From positions 576,001-640,000 of the forward strand of contig CAXXLV010000001.1 in NCBI GenBank assembly GCA_963664305.2: a stretch of 64,000 bases of DNA, read 5' to 3'. A program made the position numbers and the translations under genes. Shown in pieces: positions 1-10,148 of the stretch (positions are counted from its first letter, which is position 1; the number at the start of each line of letters is the position of its first letter). Under the pieces are notes generated by a model. The model saw only the letters and a list, made by a program, of their open reading frames with translations, made no database searches and was not told the origin of the DNA. This DNA comes from an uncultured Aliarcobacter sp. GTDB lineage: Bacteria; Campylobacterota; Campylobacteria; Campylobacterales; Arcobacteraceae.

Positions 1-208
1 TAATAGTAATTGCACCATATTTATTTGATATATTTAAAATCTCTTCATCATCACTACTTACAACTACATCATTAATATATTTACTTTTTAATCCGGCTTC
101 TATACTCCAAGCTATAAGAGGTTTCCCTTCTAAATCTAAAATATTTTTCCTAGGAAGTCTTTTACTTCCTCCACGAGCTGGAATTATTGCCAAAAAAGTT
201 TTATTCAT
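1..208 (-). CDS. legF: Acylneuraminate cytidylyltransferase (CMP-legionaminic acid synthetase, NeuA/LegF family), 5' part; runs off window edge
   Basis: Not in the ORF track; my translation from ATG at 208: MNKTFLAIIPARGGSKRLPRKNILDLEGKPLIAWSIEAG..., the IIPARGGSK..KN signature; overlaps the stop of the upstream gene. Confidence 0.85.
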   Translation of the reverse strand, partial: MNKTFLAIIPARGGSKRLPRKNILDLEGKPLIAWSIEAGLKSKYINDVVVSSDDEEILNISNKYGAITI

Positions 209-1253
209 TAAATATCCTAAAGTATTCACTTTGGGCTTGTTCAAAATCACTCATTCTTCCTATATCTAACCAATATTCATGAATTGGGAAAGATAAAACT
301 TTTTTTTGTTTTTCTATTAATATATTAAATAATGTTGGCATATCAAAAAATTCATTTTGAGGAATATTTTCAAAAACATTAGGAGAAAGTACATAAATTC
401 CTGCATTTACAAAGAATTTTTTTATTGGCTTCTCTTCAATTGAAGATATATTTCCATTTTCTATTTCTATAACACCATATGGTATTTGATACTCATACTC
501 TCTAACACACATAGTTGCAATTGCATTTCCAAAACAATGAAAATCTAATAAATTAGAAAAATTTACATCTGTAAGTAAATCTCCATTCATAACAAAAAAA
601 GGTTCATTTGGTTGTTGTTGTAAAAGGCTCAATGCTCCTGCTGTTCCCAATCTTGTGTTTTCTTCTACATAATCAATATTTACTCCAAAATCACTACCAT
701 CTTTGAAATACTCTTTTATCATATCACCTTTATAATTTAGACTTATTGTAATATTTACAAAACCATGAGTTGCAAAATTTTTAATAATAGTTTCTAATAT
801 AGGTCTATTTCCAACTTTTAACATTGGTTTTGGAGTATCTTCAGTAAGAGGTCTTAAACGTGTTCCTAAACCTCCTGCCATTAAAATTACTCTATTTCTT
901 TTTTTAGTTACATTTAATAAAGTTGCTAAATTTACAATATCTACTAAATTATTATTCTCATCAATTATAGGTATTTGATATACTTGATTTTTTATAGCTT
1001 TTTGAATAATACTTTCTTTTGTTTCAGAACTATATGCAACTGTAGGATTTTTGAAATATAACTCTTTTATATCATCTTCTAAAGTATAATTTTTTAAAAG
1101 TCCCCTTCTTATATCTCCATCACTAAGTGTTCCTAAAAGTTTGTTATTTTCATCAACAACCAAGGCTATTCTAATTGCACCTTTATCTATGATTTGTAAA
1201 GATTCTTTAATAGTTGTGTTTTCAAAAACAAGTAAATTATTTATATTTTCCAT
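201..1253 (-). CDS. ptmE: CBS-domain sugar-phosphate nucleotidyltransferase (PtmE-like)
   Basis: N-terminal CBS pair (GTLSDGDIRR), then ILMAGGLGTRLRPLT..PKPML nucleotidyltransferase motif; cluster context. Confidence 0.85.
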   Translation of the reverse strand: MENINNLLVFENTTIKESLQIIDKGAIRIALVVDENNKLLGTLSDGDIRRGLLKNYTLEDDIKELYFKNPTVAYSSETKESIIQKAIKNQVYQIPIIDENNNLVDIVNLATLLNVTKKRNRVILMAGGLGTRLRPLTEDTPKPMLKVGNRPILETIIKNFATHGFVNITISLNYKGDMIKEYFKDGSDFGVNIDYVEENTRLGTAGALSLLQQQPNEPFFVMNGDLLTDVNFSNLLDFHCFGNAIATMCVREYEYQIPYGVIEIENGNISSIEEKPIKKFFVNAGIYVLSPNVFENIPQNEFFDMPTLFNILIEKQKKVLSFPIHEYWLDIGRMSDFEQAQSEYFRIFNE

Positions 1254-1254
1254 A

Positions 1255-2412
1255 TTAATCCTTTAAATCATAAAATGTTTTTTTTAATATATTTTCCAAG
1301 TCAACTCTTTTTATTTCTTCAATAATTTTTTTGCTAGCACATCCATCACCATATGGATTTCTAACATTTAACAAACTGTTTTGAAATTCTAAAGAATATA
1401 ATTTCTCAAAAGTTTTTTTTATATCAAATTTATTTGCAGAGCAATCTATAATACTATCAGCTTTTATTCTACCTTTTTGTCTATCACCTATATTTATAGT
1501 TCCTATTTTAAAACTTGGAGCTTCTAAAAGTCCACTTGAACTATTTCCCACTACAGCATCAATAAATTGTAAAGCACTTAAATATCTTAGTTGTCCTAAA
1601 GAAGTGAAGCATATAGATTTATAAGAGTTTTTAGATACATATTCATCAATCATCTGATTTATAACTCTTCCATCTGTATCACTATTTGCTTTTGTAAAAA
1701 TGATATTTGTATCTTCTAATTCATCAATTGCATCTAACAATTGTTGGAATTGTTCTTTTGCTGTAGAATTTTCTAATGTTACAGGATGAAAAGTAACTAA
1801 TATATTTTTTTTATTTAGTTTAAAATCTATAGAATTTTCAAACTCTTCTTTTGTCAGAAGTTTTAATCTTTTGATATTTTCTATTCCCATACCACCAACA
1901 TTAAAAACTCTAGAAGGATGTTCACCTAATTGAATTACTCTATTTCTATACTCTTCTGTTGCAGTAAAATGAAGATGACTCATTTTTGTAATACTATGGC
2001 GAATTGATTCATCAAATGCACCTTCCGTTGTTTCTCCTCCATGAAGATGAACAATTGGGATACGAGCTATCATAGCAGTGCTAACAACACTAAATATCTC
2101 ATATCTATCTCCAAGAACTATCAATATATCTGGTTTTAGTTCTTCAAAAGCTTCACAAAAAGATATTTGAGCTAAACCCATAGATTTTGAAATACCTGTA
2201 GACGTATCAGAAGATAAAAGCATCTCTATTTTTTTATCAATTTTAAACTCTTTTTCTATCTCTTTATAAGTTAATCCAAATTCACTACTTAGGTGCATAC
2301 CTGTAACTATAAGTTGAAGTTGAAAGTCTTTATCAGCTTCTATTTCTTTCATAAGCCAATAAAGAAGTCCATATTCAGCCCTTGTACCAGTGACAACACA
2401 TATTTTTTTCAT
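1255..2412 (-). CDS. legG: Hydrolysing NDP-sugar 2-epimerase (NeuC/LegG family)
   Basis: VTGTRAEYGLL, LGDRYE, HLHGGE, GNSSSG motifs. Confidence 0.88.
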   Translation of the reverse strand: MKKICVVTGTRAEYGLLYWLMKEIEADKDFQLQLIVTGMHLSSEFGLTYKEIEKEFKIDKKIEMLLSSDTSTGISKSMGLAQISFCEAFEELKPDILIVLGDRYEIFSVVSTAMIARIPIVHLHGGETTEGAFDESIRHSITKMSHLHFTATEEYRNRVIQLGEHPSRVFNVGGMGIENIKRLKLLTKEEFENSIDFKLNKKNILVTFHPVTLENSTAKEQFQQLLDAIDELEDTNIIFTKANSDTDGRVINQMIDEYVSKNSYKSICFTSLGQLRYLSALQFIDAVVGNSSSGLLEAPSFKIGTINIGDRQKGRIKADSIIDCSANKFDIKKTFEKLYSLEFQNSLLNVRNPYGDGCASKKIIEEIKRVDLENILKKTFYDLKD

Positions 2413-3407
2413 ATTAGCTCATCTTCTTTATAATCTTTAGTTGCTATACTTCCTACTATTTCATCCCATAGCATAGGATTTATTCCATTACCTGGTCTTT
2501 TTATTGCAAGATTATTTTCAGATAAAAGTTCACCTTTTTTAATATCCATTTTTGCAACAATTGATTTTCTAGCTATTTGCATATTTGGGATCTCACTAAA
2601 TGATGGTTTTTTAACACAACTTCCCAAAGCCAACTCTATATTTCTTATAGCTTTTACCATCGCTTTTAGTTCATCTGGTTCTAAACTTGCCTTATGGTCT
2701 GGTCCTTCCATAGTTTTATCTAAAGTAAAATGTTTTTCTATACAATAAGCACCCATAGCAACGGCTGCGATATCCACTTCAATACCTAATGTATGGTCAC
2801 TATATCCAAAAGCTATATCAAATGTATTTCCAATAGTCACCATAGCTTTTAAATTCACATCTTCCATAGGTGTTGGATATTCTGTATTTGCATGTAAAAC
2901 TGTTATATTTTCTTTTTTAGTCCCAGCTGCTATCAAAACATCTAAGGCATCTTCAATTTCACCAATATCAGCCATTCCAGTTGAAAGAATTACTTTTTTA
3001 TTTAATTTTCCTATATGTCTTAAATATGGTAAATTTGTGATTTCTCCACTAGGAATTTTAAATATTTCAAGTCCTAAATCATTTAAAAGTTCTATACTAT
3101 CATGGTCAAATGGAGTTGATAAAAACATAATATTTTTAGTTTTACAATAAGCCATAAGCTCTTTATGAGTATCAGAATCTAGTTCAAGTTTTTTTATCAT
3201 ATCAAATTGAGATTCATTTTTATCAGTTGTTTCTTTTTGATAATCAGCTTTTTGAGCATGTTTTGATACAAGTTTTTCAGCCTTAAATGTTTGAAATTTA
3301 ACTGCATCAGCCCCACTCTCACTTGCTACATCAATCAATCTTTTAGCAAGTTCAATTGAACCATTATGATTTACTCCTGCTTCTGCTATTATAAACACTT
3401 TATTCAT
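2409..3407 (-). CDS. legI: N,N'-diacetyllegionaminate synthase (NeuB/LegI family)
   Basis: IIAEAGVNHNG, KFQTF, GYSDHT, EKHFTLD motifs; C-terminal SAF/antifreeze-like domain. Confidence 0.88.
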   Translation of the reverse strand: MNKVFIIAEAGVNHNGSIELAKRLIDVASESGADAVKFQTFKAEKLVSKHAQKADYQKETTDKNESQFDMIKKLELDSDTHKELMAYCKTKNIMFLSTPFDHDSIELLNDLGLEIFKIPSGEITNLPYLRHIGKLNKKVILSTGMADIGEIEDALDVLIAAGTKKENITVLHANTEYPTPMEDVNLKAMVTIGNTFDIAFGYSDHTLGIEVDIAAVAMGAYCIEKHFTLDKTMEGPDHKASLEPDELKAMVKAIRNIELALGSCVKKPSFSEIPNMQIARKSIVAKMDIKKGELLSENNLAIKRPGNGINPMLWDEIVGSIATKDYKEDELI

Positions 3408-3979
3408 TTTACTAGACTCCCAGCTTTTATAAATCCATCTATTTCTATACTTTGTTTAGAAGTTGCATTACTTCCAAAAAAACTATTTTCTTTTACAGTA
3501 ACACCACCATTTATTACACTAGCTGTTGAAATATGACAATTATCTCCTATCACACAATCATGTTCAATAAGAGCTTTTGTATTTATTATACAATTTTTTC
3601 CTATTTTTACATTCGTATTTATCAATGCTTGATGCATTATGATTGTGCCCTCATCTATAAATGAATGTTTTGACACATATGCTAAAGGTGAAATTATTGT
3701 AGGTAAATTAAAACCTATTTGTTTTAAATTATTATAGATTTTAACTCTTATTTTATTTGATTCTATATGTCCTACTGTTATAACTGCGTTTTTGCAAGTT
3801 TGGAAAATAATTTCTAAATCATCATCACAAGCAATAATTTCATAATCTAAAACTTTTTTACCAATATTCTCTTTAATATCAACAATACCTATAATTTCAT
3901 ATTTATTTTCTTGCTCTATCACATCAATAACACTATGGCAATGTCCACCACCACCAATAAGAACTATTTTTTCTTTCAT
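3404..3979 (-). CDS. NeuD/PglD-family hexapeptide-repeat sugar acetyltransferase
   Basis: IGGGGH N-terminus, hexapeptide repeats with IEHDC motif. Confidence 0.88.
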   Translation of the reverse strand: MKEKIVLIGGGGHCHSVIDVIEQENKYEIIGIVDIKENIGKKVLDYEIIACDDDLEIIFQTCKNAVITVGHIESNKIRVKIYNNLKQIGFNLPTIISPLAYVSKHSFIDEGTIIMHQALINTNVKIGKNCIINTKALIEHDCVIGDNCHISTASVINGGVTVKENSFFGSNATSKQSIEIDGFIKAGSLVK

Positions 3980-5115
3980 TATAAAATCACCGAACTTGGA
4001 ATATTTACAACTCTTTCTTCAAGATATTTTGCATTTTTTAAGTCTGTTTTTTGACAATCTTTGAACATTTCAAGTTCATTCATAAGTCTCCAAATAGGTC
4101 TTGTCATAACACCATTTTTATTTGAAAACTCTAAAAATTCATTTCTTTGGTTTATATCATTCAACAAAATAGCTTGAAGCCAATAGTTTGATTTTGAATC
4201 TTTTGGCTCTTCTATAAAATTTATATCTAAATTTGAAAAAAATTCTTTATATTTTGTTGCTAATTCTCTTTTTGAAACTAAAAATCTTTCCAACTGCTCT
4301 AACTGTGCAACTAAAAGTGCTGCATTTATATTTGGAAGTCTATAGTTGTATGCTATCTCATCATGTACATATTCATATGGATGGGGAATTTTTGCTGTTG
4401 TAGTGATATGTTTTGCTCTTTTTGCTAATACTTCATCATCAGTTACGATAACTCCACCACCACCAGAAGTTATGATTTTATTTCCATTAAAAGAAAATGC
4501 ACCAATTTTTCCAAAAGTTCCTGTATGTTTGTTTTTATAAAATGAACCTAAACTTTCAGCTGCATCTTCAACTAAAATAATATTCCAAATACTACAAATC
4601 TCTTTTATCTCTTCAATTTTACATGGATGCCCAAAAGTATGCATTGGAACACAAGCTTTTATGATTTTTCCTGTAGTTTTATTTATACAAATATTTTCTT
4701 TTAATTCACAATTTGTTTCTAAAAAATTTTTAAGTGATTTTGGACTTAAACCCATCGTATCTAAATCAACATCTATGAATATAGGTTTAGCACCAATGTA
4801 ACTTATTGCATTTGAAGTTGCTATAAAAGTAAGTGGTTGAGTGATAACTTCATCATCTCTTTTTACACCTGCTAATAATAAAGAAATATGAAGAGCTGCT
4901 GTACCATTTACAGTTGCTATTGCAAATTTACTTCCTACAGTTTTTGCAAACTCTTTTTCAAAAGTATCAACATATTTTCCAACACTTGATACAAATGTTG
5001 AATCTATACAATCATTTAAATACTTTTTTTCATTTCCAATAAATCTTGGTTCATGTAAAGGTATAAATTCATTTGTATTAAATGTTTCTTTTATAAAATC
5101 AATTATTTTTTGCAT
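3979..5115 (-). CDS. legC: LegC-family PLP-dependent sugar aminotransferase
   Basis: FIPLHEP, EDAAESLGS, SFNGNKIITSGGGG motifs. Confidence 0.9.
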   Translation of the reverse strand: MQKIIDFIKETFNTNEFIPLHEPRFIGNEKKYLNDCIDSTFVSSVGKYVDTFEKEFAKTVGSKFAIATVNGTAALHISLLLAGVKRDDEVITQPLTFIATSNAISYIGAKPIFIDVDLDTMGLSPKSLKNFLETNCELKENICINKTTGKIIKACVPMHTFGHPCKIEEIKEICSIWNIILVEDAAESLGSFYKNKHTGTFGKIGAFSFNGNKIITSGGGGVIVTDDEVLAKRAKHITTTAKIPHPYEYVHDEIAYNYRLPNINAALLVAQLEQLERFLVSKRELATKYKEFFSNLDINFIEEPKDSKSNYWLQAILLNDINQRNEFLEFSNKNGVMTRPIWRLMNELEMFKDCQKTDLKNAKYLEERVVNIPSSVIL

Positions 5116-6305
5116 TACATTTTCCCATCAAGATATTTACCAGTCTCTTTATGTCCAAAATCTGGAATCATTGTAAAAAACTCTTTTACTATATCTTCTT
5201 TTGTCCAAGATAAATTTGCTTTAAAATTTTTAATAGTTTTTTCAAAATGATTTAACTTATCTTCATCAAATAAAGCTTCATTTTTAATAATTCCAAGATT
5301 TTCAAATCTATTCATATCTAAGATTTCTTTATCTGTAAAAAACTCTTCAAAATCTTTTTCGCCTGTTGTATCACTTGAGGTAAATAAACAAGGCCATTTA
5401 CCTAGTGTTGGTAAAGTTTTTGCTAATTCTCTAGCTTCATCTTCATCTTTACATAAATATGGCTCATATCCTAAATTTTTTAAATATTTAACTGCAATAT
5501 CTGCAAAAGTAATAAGATGTAAATTTTCACTAAGTTTTGGGAAAAATATATCTCTATTTTCACCAAATATACATGACATTAAACAAAGTTCTCCACTTTC
5601 TTGAGGTGTTACAAAATATCTTTTTATATCATTTGGAGCGACTATTGGTTGGTTTTTTTGAATTCTTTGATTAAATCCATGAAGTAAGCTACCATCACTA
5701 AAAGCAACATTTGCAAATCTTGCCATTGAAACATCTATTTGTTTTGATTTTCGCATTACAAACATTTCCATGATTCTTTTACTTGCACCCATCATATTTA
5801 CTGGATTTGCAGCTTTATCTGTACTAACACAGAAATATTTCTTAGTTCCATTCTCACATGATTGTTGAAGAGTTTTATCTGTATTAAAAATATTTGTTTC
5901 TATCATTCTCATAAGAGTATAGGGGTCTTTTTCACTTCTTACATGTTTTAAAGCTGATAGATTTAAAACATAATCATATTTACCATCAGCTTTTATAAAC
6001 GCATCATATTCAAAACTCCCTATATCAAGAGCAAATGTGGCAAAATCTCCATCAATATACCCAAAACTACTTCTAATATCTCGAACTAATTCAACCATAT
6101 TATTTTCTGAGATATCAACAACATGAAGTTTTTTAGGATTTCTTTTGAATATCTCTTTTGTTACAGCTTGACCAATAGAACCAGCTCCACCGATTACTAA
6201 AAATGTGGAATTTGATACTATTTTTCTTAATTCTTCATCATTTTTATTTATATCTTCTAAAAAAAGTTCTTTTTGTCTTCCTATTAGCTCTAATGTATTA
6301 ATCAT
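5115..6305 (-). CDS. legB: NDP-GlcNAc 4,6-dehydratase (LegB-like)
   Basis: GGAGSIG Rossmann motif, SALKHVRSE, STDKAANPVNMMGASKR; first gene of cluster. Confidence 0.8.
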   Translation of the reverse strand: MINTLELIGRQKELFLEDINKNDEELRKIVSNSTFLVIGGAGSIGQAVTKEIFKRNPKKLHVVDISENNMVELVRDIRSSFGYIDGDFATFALDIGSFEYDAFIKADGKYDYVLNLSALKHVRSEKDPYTLMRMIETNIFNTDKTLQQSCENGTKKYFCVSTDKAANPVNMMGASKRIMEMFVMRKSKQIDVSMARFANVAFSDGSLLHGFNQRIQKNQPIVAPNDIKRYFVTPQESGELCLMSCIFGENRDIFFPKLSENLHLITFADIAVKYLKNLGYEPYLCKDEDEARELAKTLPTLGKWPCLFTSSDTTGEKDFEEFFTDKEILDMNRFENLGIIKNEALFDEDKLNHFEKTIKNFKANLSWTKEDIVKEFFTMIPDFGHKETGKYLDGKM

Positions 6306-6408
6306 TCGATATCCATAAAATTTATTTTTATATTACCAAAGAAAATATTTAAATAATATCATTTTAAATATTTTCTGTTAAAATTATTTTATTTATTAAA
6401 GGTAAAAA

Positions 6409-6621
6409 ATGCAAAATAGTACTATTCCAGATGATATAATCAAAATACAAAAAAAACTTGCTTCTTTTGAGAAAGATTCAAGAAATTATAAAAAATATAC
6501 AAAAATTTTGGCAAAACATATCAAATCTCATACTATGAAAAAAAGAGTTAATGCACATATCAAAACAATTGAAACAATTGAAAAAATGGAACAAAAAGGC
6601 ATTGATGATATTTTAAAATAA
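6409..6621 (+). CDS. Small basic hypothetical protein (70 aa)
   Basis: ORF with AAAGG Shine-Dalgarno upstream; fills the gap between legB and recA. Confidence 0.7.
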   Translation: MQNSTIPDDIIKIQKKLASFEKDSRNYKKYTKILAKHIKSHTMKKRVNAHIKTIETIEKMEQKGIDDILK

Positions 6622-6666
6622 AAAATATTACAAATTGTAATAAAAATTAAAACTTTAAAAAATATC

Positions 6667-6675
6667 TGCTAAAAT
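6667..6675 (+). promoter_or_regulatory. Putative extended -10 promoter of recA
   Basis: TGCTAAAAT (TGnTAnAAT) about 43 bp before the ATG. Confidence 0.55.
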
Positions 6676-6717
6676 CCCAACATAAAATATAAGAACAAAA
6701 TCAACATAGGAAATAAT

Positions 6718-7767
6718 ATGGATGAGAATCAAAAAAAATCATTAGAATTAGCTATCAAACAAATTGATAAAACTTTTGGAAAAGGTACACTTATTAGACT
6801 TGGAGATAAAGTTGTAGTTCCAACTGAAACAATTAGTACAGGTTCTTTAGGACTTGATTTAGCACTTGGTGTTGGTGGACTTCCAAAAGGAAGAGTTATT
6901 GAAATTTATGGACCAGAGAGTTCAGGAAAAACAACATTAACATTACATGCAATTGCTGAAGCACAAAAAGCAGGTGGAGTTTGTGCATTTATTGATGCAG
7001 AACATGCTTTAGATGTAAAATATGCAAAAGATATTGGTGTTGATACAGATAATTTACTTGTGTCTCAACCAGATTTTGGGGAACAAGCATTAGAAATTCT
7101 TGAAACTGTTATTAGAAGTGGAGCTGTTGATTTAGTTGTTGTGGATTCAGTTGCAGCTCTAACTCCAAAAGTTGAAATTGATGGAGATATGGATGACCAA
7201 CAAGTTGGTGTTCAAGCTAGACTTATGAGTAAAGCTTTAAGAAAAGTAACTGGTTTATTAAATAAAATGAATTGTACAGTTATTTTCATCAACCAAATAA
7301 GAATGAAAATTGGAATGACTGGATACGGAAGTCCTGAAACAACTACAGGAGGAAATGCCCTTAAATTCTACTCATCTGTAAGACTTGATATTAGAAGAAT
7401 TGCTACACTTAAACAAGGTGAAAATTCTATTGGAAATAGAGTAAAAGTAAAAGTTGTAAAAAATAAAGTTGCTGCACCATTTAAACAAGCTGAATTCGAC
7501 ATTATGTTTGGAGAAGGTATCTCAAAAACTGGTGAATTAGTTGATTATGGTGTAAAACTTGATATTGTTGATAAAGCCGGAGCTTGGTTCTCTTATGGTG
7601 ATTCAAAAATTGGACAAGGTAGAGAAAATTCAAAAGTATTCCTAAAAGATAATCCTGAAATTGCAAAAGAAATTGAAAATAAAATTCTTGAATCAATGGG
7701 AATAAATGATTCTATCATTAGTGGTGGTGCTGATGATATGGATGATATGTCTGATTTAGACGATTAA
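6718..7767 (+). CDS. recA: Recombinase RecA
   Basis: GPESSGKTT Walker [26 protein letters not shown]. Confidence 0.99.
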   Translation: MDENQKKSLELAIKQIDKTFGKGTLIRLGDKVVVPTETISTGSLGLDLALGVGGLPKGRVIEIYGPESSGKTTLTLHAIAEAQKAGGVCAFIDAEHALDVKYAKDIGVDTDNLLVSQPDFGEQALEILETVIRSGAVDLVVVDSVAALTPKVEIDGDMDDQQVGVQARLMSKALRKVTGLLNKMNCTVIFINQIRMKIGMTGYGSPETTTGGNALKFYSSVRLDIRRIATLKQGENSIGNRVKVKVVKNKVAAPFKQAEFDIMFGEGISKTGELVDYGVKLDIVDKAGAWFSYGDSKIGQGRENSKVFLKDNPEIAKEIENKILESMGINDSIISGGADDMDDMSDLDD

Positions 7768-7775
7768 TACATAAA

Positions 7776-7801
7776 AATCAAAGGAAACTTTTCCTTTGAT
7801 T
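7776..7801 (+). terminator. Hairpin, probable intrinsic terminator after recA
   Basis: AATCAAAGGAAA-ct-TTTCCTTTGATT, 12-bp perfect stem just after the stop. Confidence 0.7.
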
Positions 7802-7857
7802 ACAAAAACTACAAAATTTCTCTCAACAAAAAACACAAAAGCAAATAACAAATCTTT

Positions 7858-7869
7858 TTTAGCTATAAT
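7858..7869 (+). promoter_or_regulatory. Putative sigma70 -10 of eno
   Basis: TTTAGCTATAAT about 30 bp before the GTG start; AGGAG SD follows. Confidence 0.6.
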
Positions 7870-7898
7870 CTTACAAATTATGAAAATAGGAGACCTAA

Positions 7899-9176
<1,278 letters not shown>

Positions 9177-9183
9177 GTAATAA

Positions 9184-9423
9184 ATGAAACAATTAAACGC
9201 ATATAAGAAATTCATATTAGTAGTAATCATATCTTTGATTGCTACTATATTTTTATCTTACCATGCGGTTATTGTTCTTTTTGGAGATAACTCTTTACAA
9301 GTTTACAATTCTTTAAAATATAAAAAAGAGTATCTTGAAAATGAAATATTGAGACTACAAAGAGAGAATGCTTACTTACAAAAAGAGTATTTTGAATTAA
9401 AAAATTTGGAGCCAGAAGAATGA
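9184..9423 (+). CDS. Septum formation initiator (FtsB/DivIC-like)
   Basis: One TM helix, FGDNSL, then coiled coil; position directly after eno. Confidence 0.7.
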   Translation: MKQLNAYKKFILVVIISLIATIFLSYHAVIVLFGDNSLQVYNSLKYKKEYLENEILRLQRENAYLQKEYFELKNLEPEE

Positions 9424-10148
9424 AAACTTTATTTTTATTTACATTATCAGTTGTTTTAGCATTAAATCTTAGTGCTAGAGAAAATCCTTTTTCTATGACA
9501 GATGTTTTTGAAGAAGAAACAGGAAAAATGATAGAACCAAATGAAAGGCCAACAACACCTGAAGAGTTGCAAGAAGCTCAATATATAAGAGAAATGCAAC
9601 AAAAAATGTCTAATGCAAATAAAAATAGTGTTGATACAACTACTCCAAAAGAAACTAAGCCTGCAACAAAAACTTATTCAAAACAAGAAGTTGATTCATT
9701 AATCCAAAAAACAAAAAAACAGACTGAACAAAAAACAAAAGAGATTGTAAAAAAAGAGTTAGCTAATACAAAGCCTAGTGAACCAGAACAAATCGTATAT
9801 GTAAAACCAAGAGCTGATATAAGTGAAGAAGATGCATTAGTTGCAAAAGAGATTCTTCCTTTTTTAAAAATTGAATATAGTGACAATAAATTAATTATTC
9901 ATACAGATAATAGTGTTTCTAAAAAATTCAATATATTAAAAGAGAATAAAATCGTTATTGATTATAAAGCTAAATTAAACTTCAATACTAAAAATGAAGA
10001 TATCGACTCTAAAAGTTTCAAAAAAATTGCTGTTGGAAATCATAGAAGCGAAGGTTTCTTTAGAGTTGCAATCGAAGTTGCTACAAAACCTACAAATTAT
10101 AACGTAACATATAAAGATAATTTAATTACTATTTCTAAACTTAATTAG
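9420..10148 (+). CDS. Exported AMIN-domain protein
   Basis: Signal peptide, ARENPF motif, C-terminal KIVIDY..IAVGNH..FFRVAIE AMIN-like domain. Confidence 0.75.
   Translation: MKTLFLFTLSVVLALNLSARENPFSMTDVFEEETGKMIEPNERPTTPEELQEAQYIREMQQKMSNANKNSVDTTTPKETKPATKTYSKQEVDSLIQKTKKQTEQKTKEIVKKELANTKPSEPEQIVYVKPRADISEEDALVAKEILPFLKIEYSDNKLIIHTDNSVSKKFNILKENKIVIDYKAKLNFNTKNEDIDSKSFKKIAVGNHRSEGFFRVAIEVATKPTNYNVTYKDNLITISKLN

Noticed and set aside
1..6305. Phase-variable homopolymer tracts in the glycan genes
   Set aside because: No long G/C tracts; A/T runs are ordinary for this composition and all frames are intact
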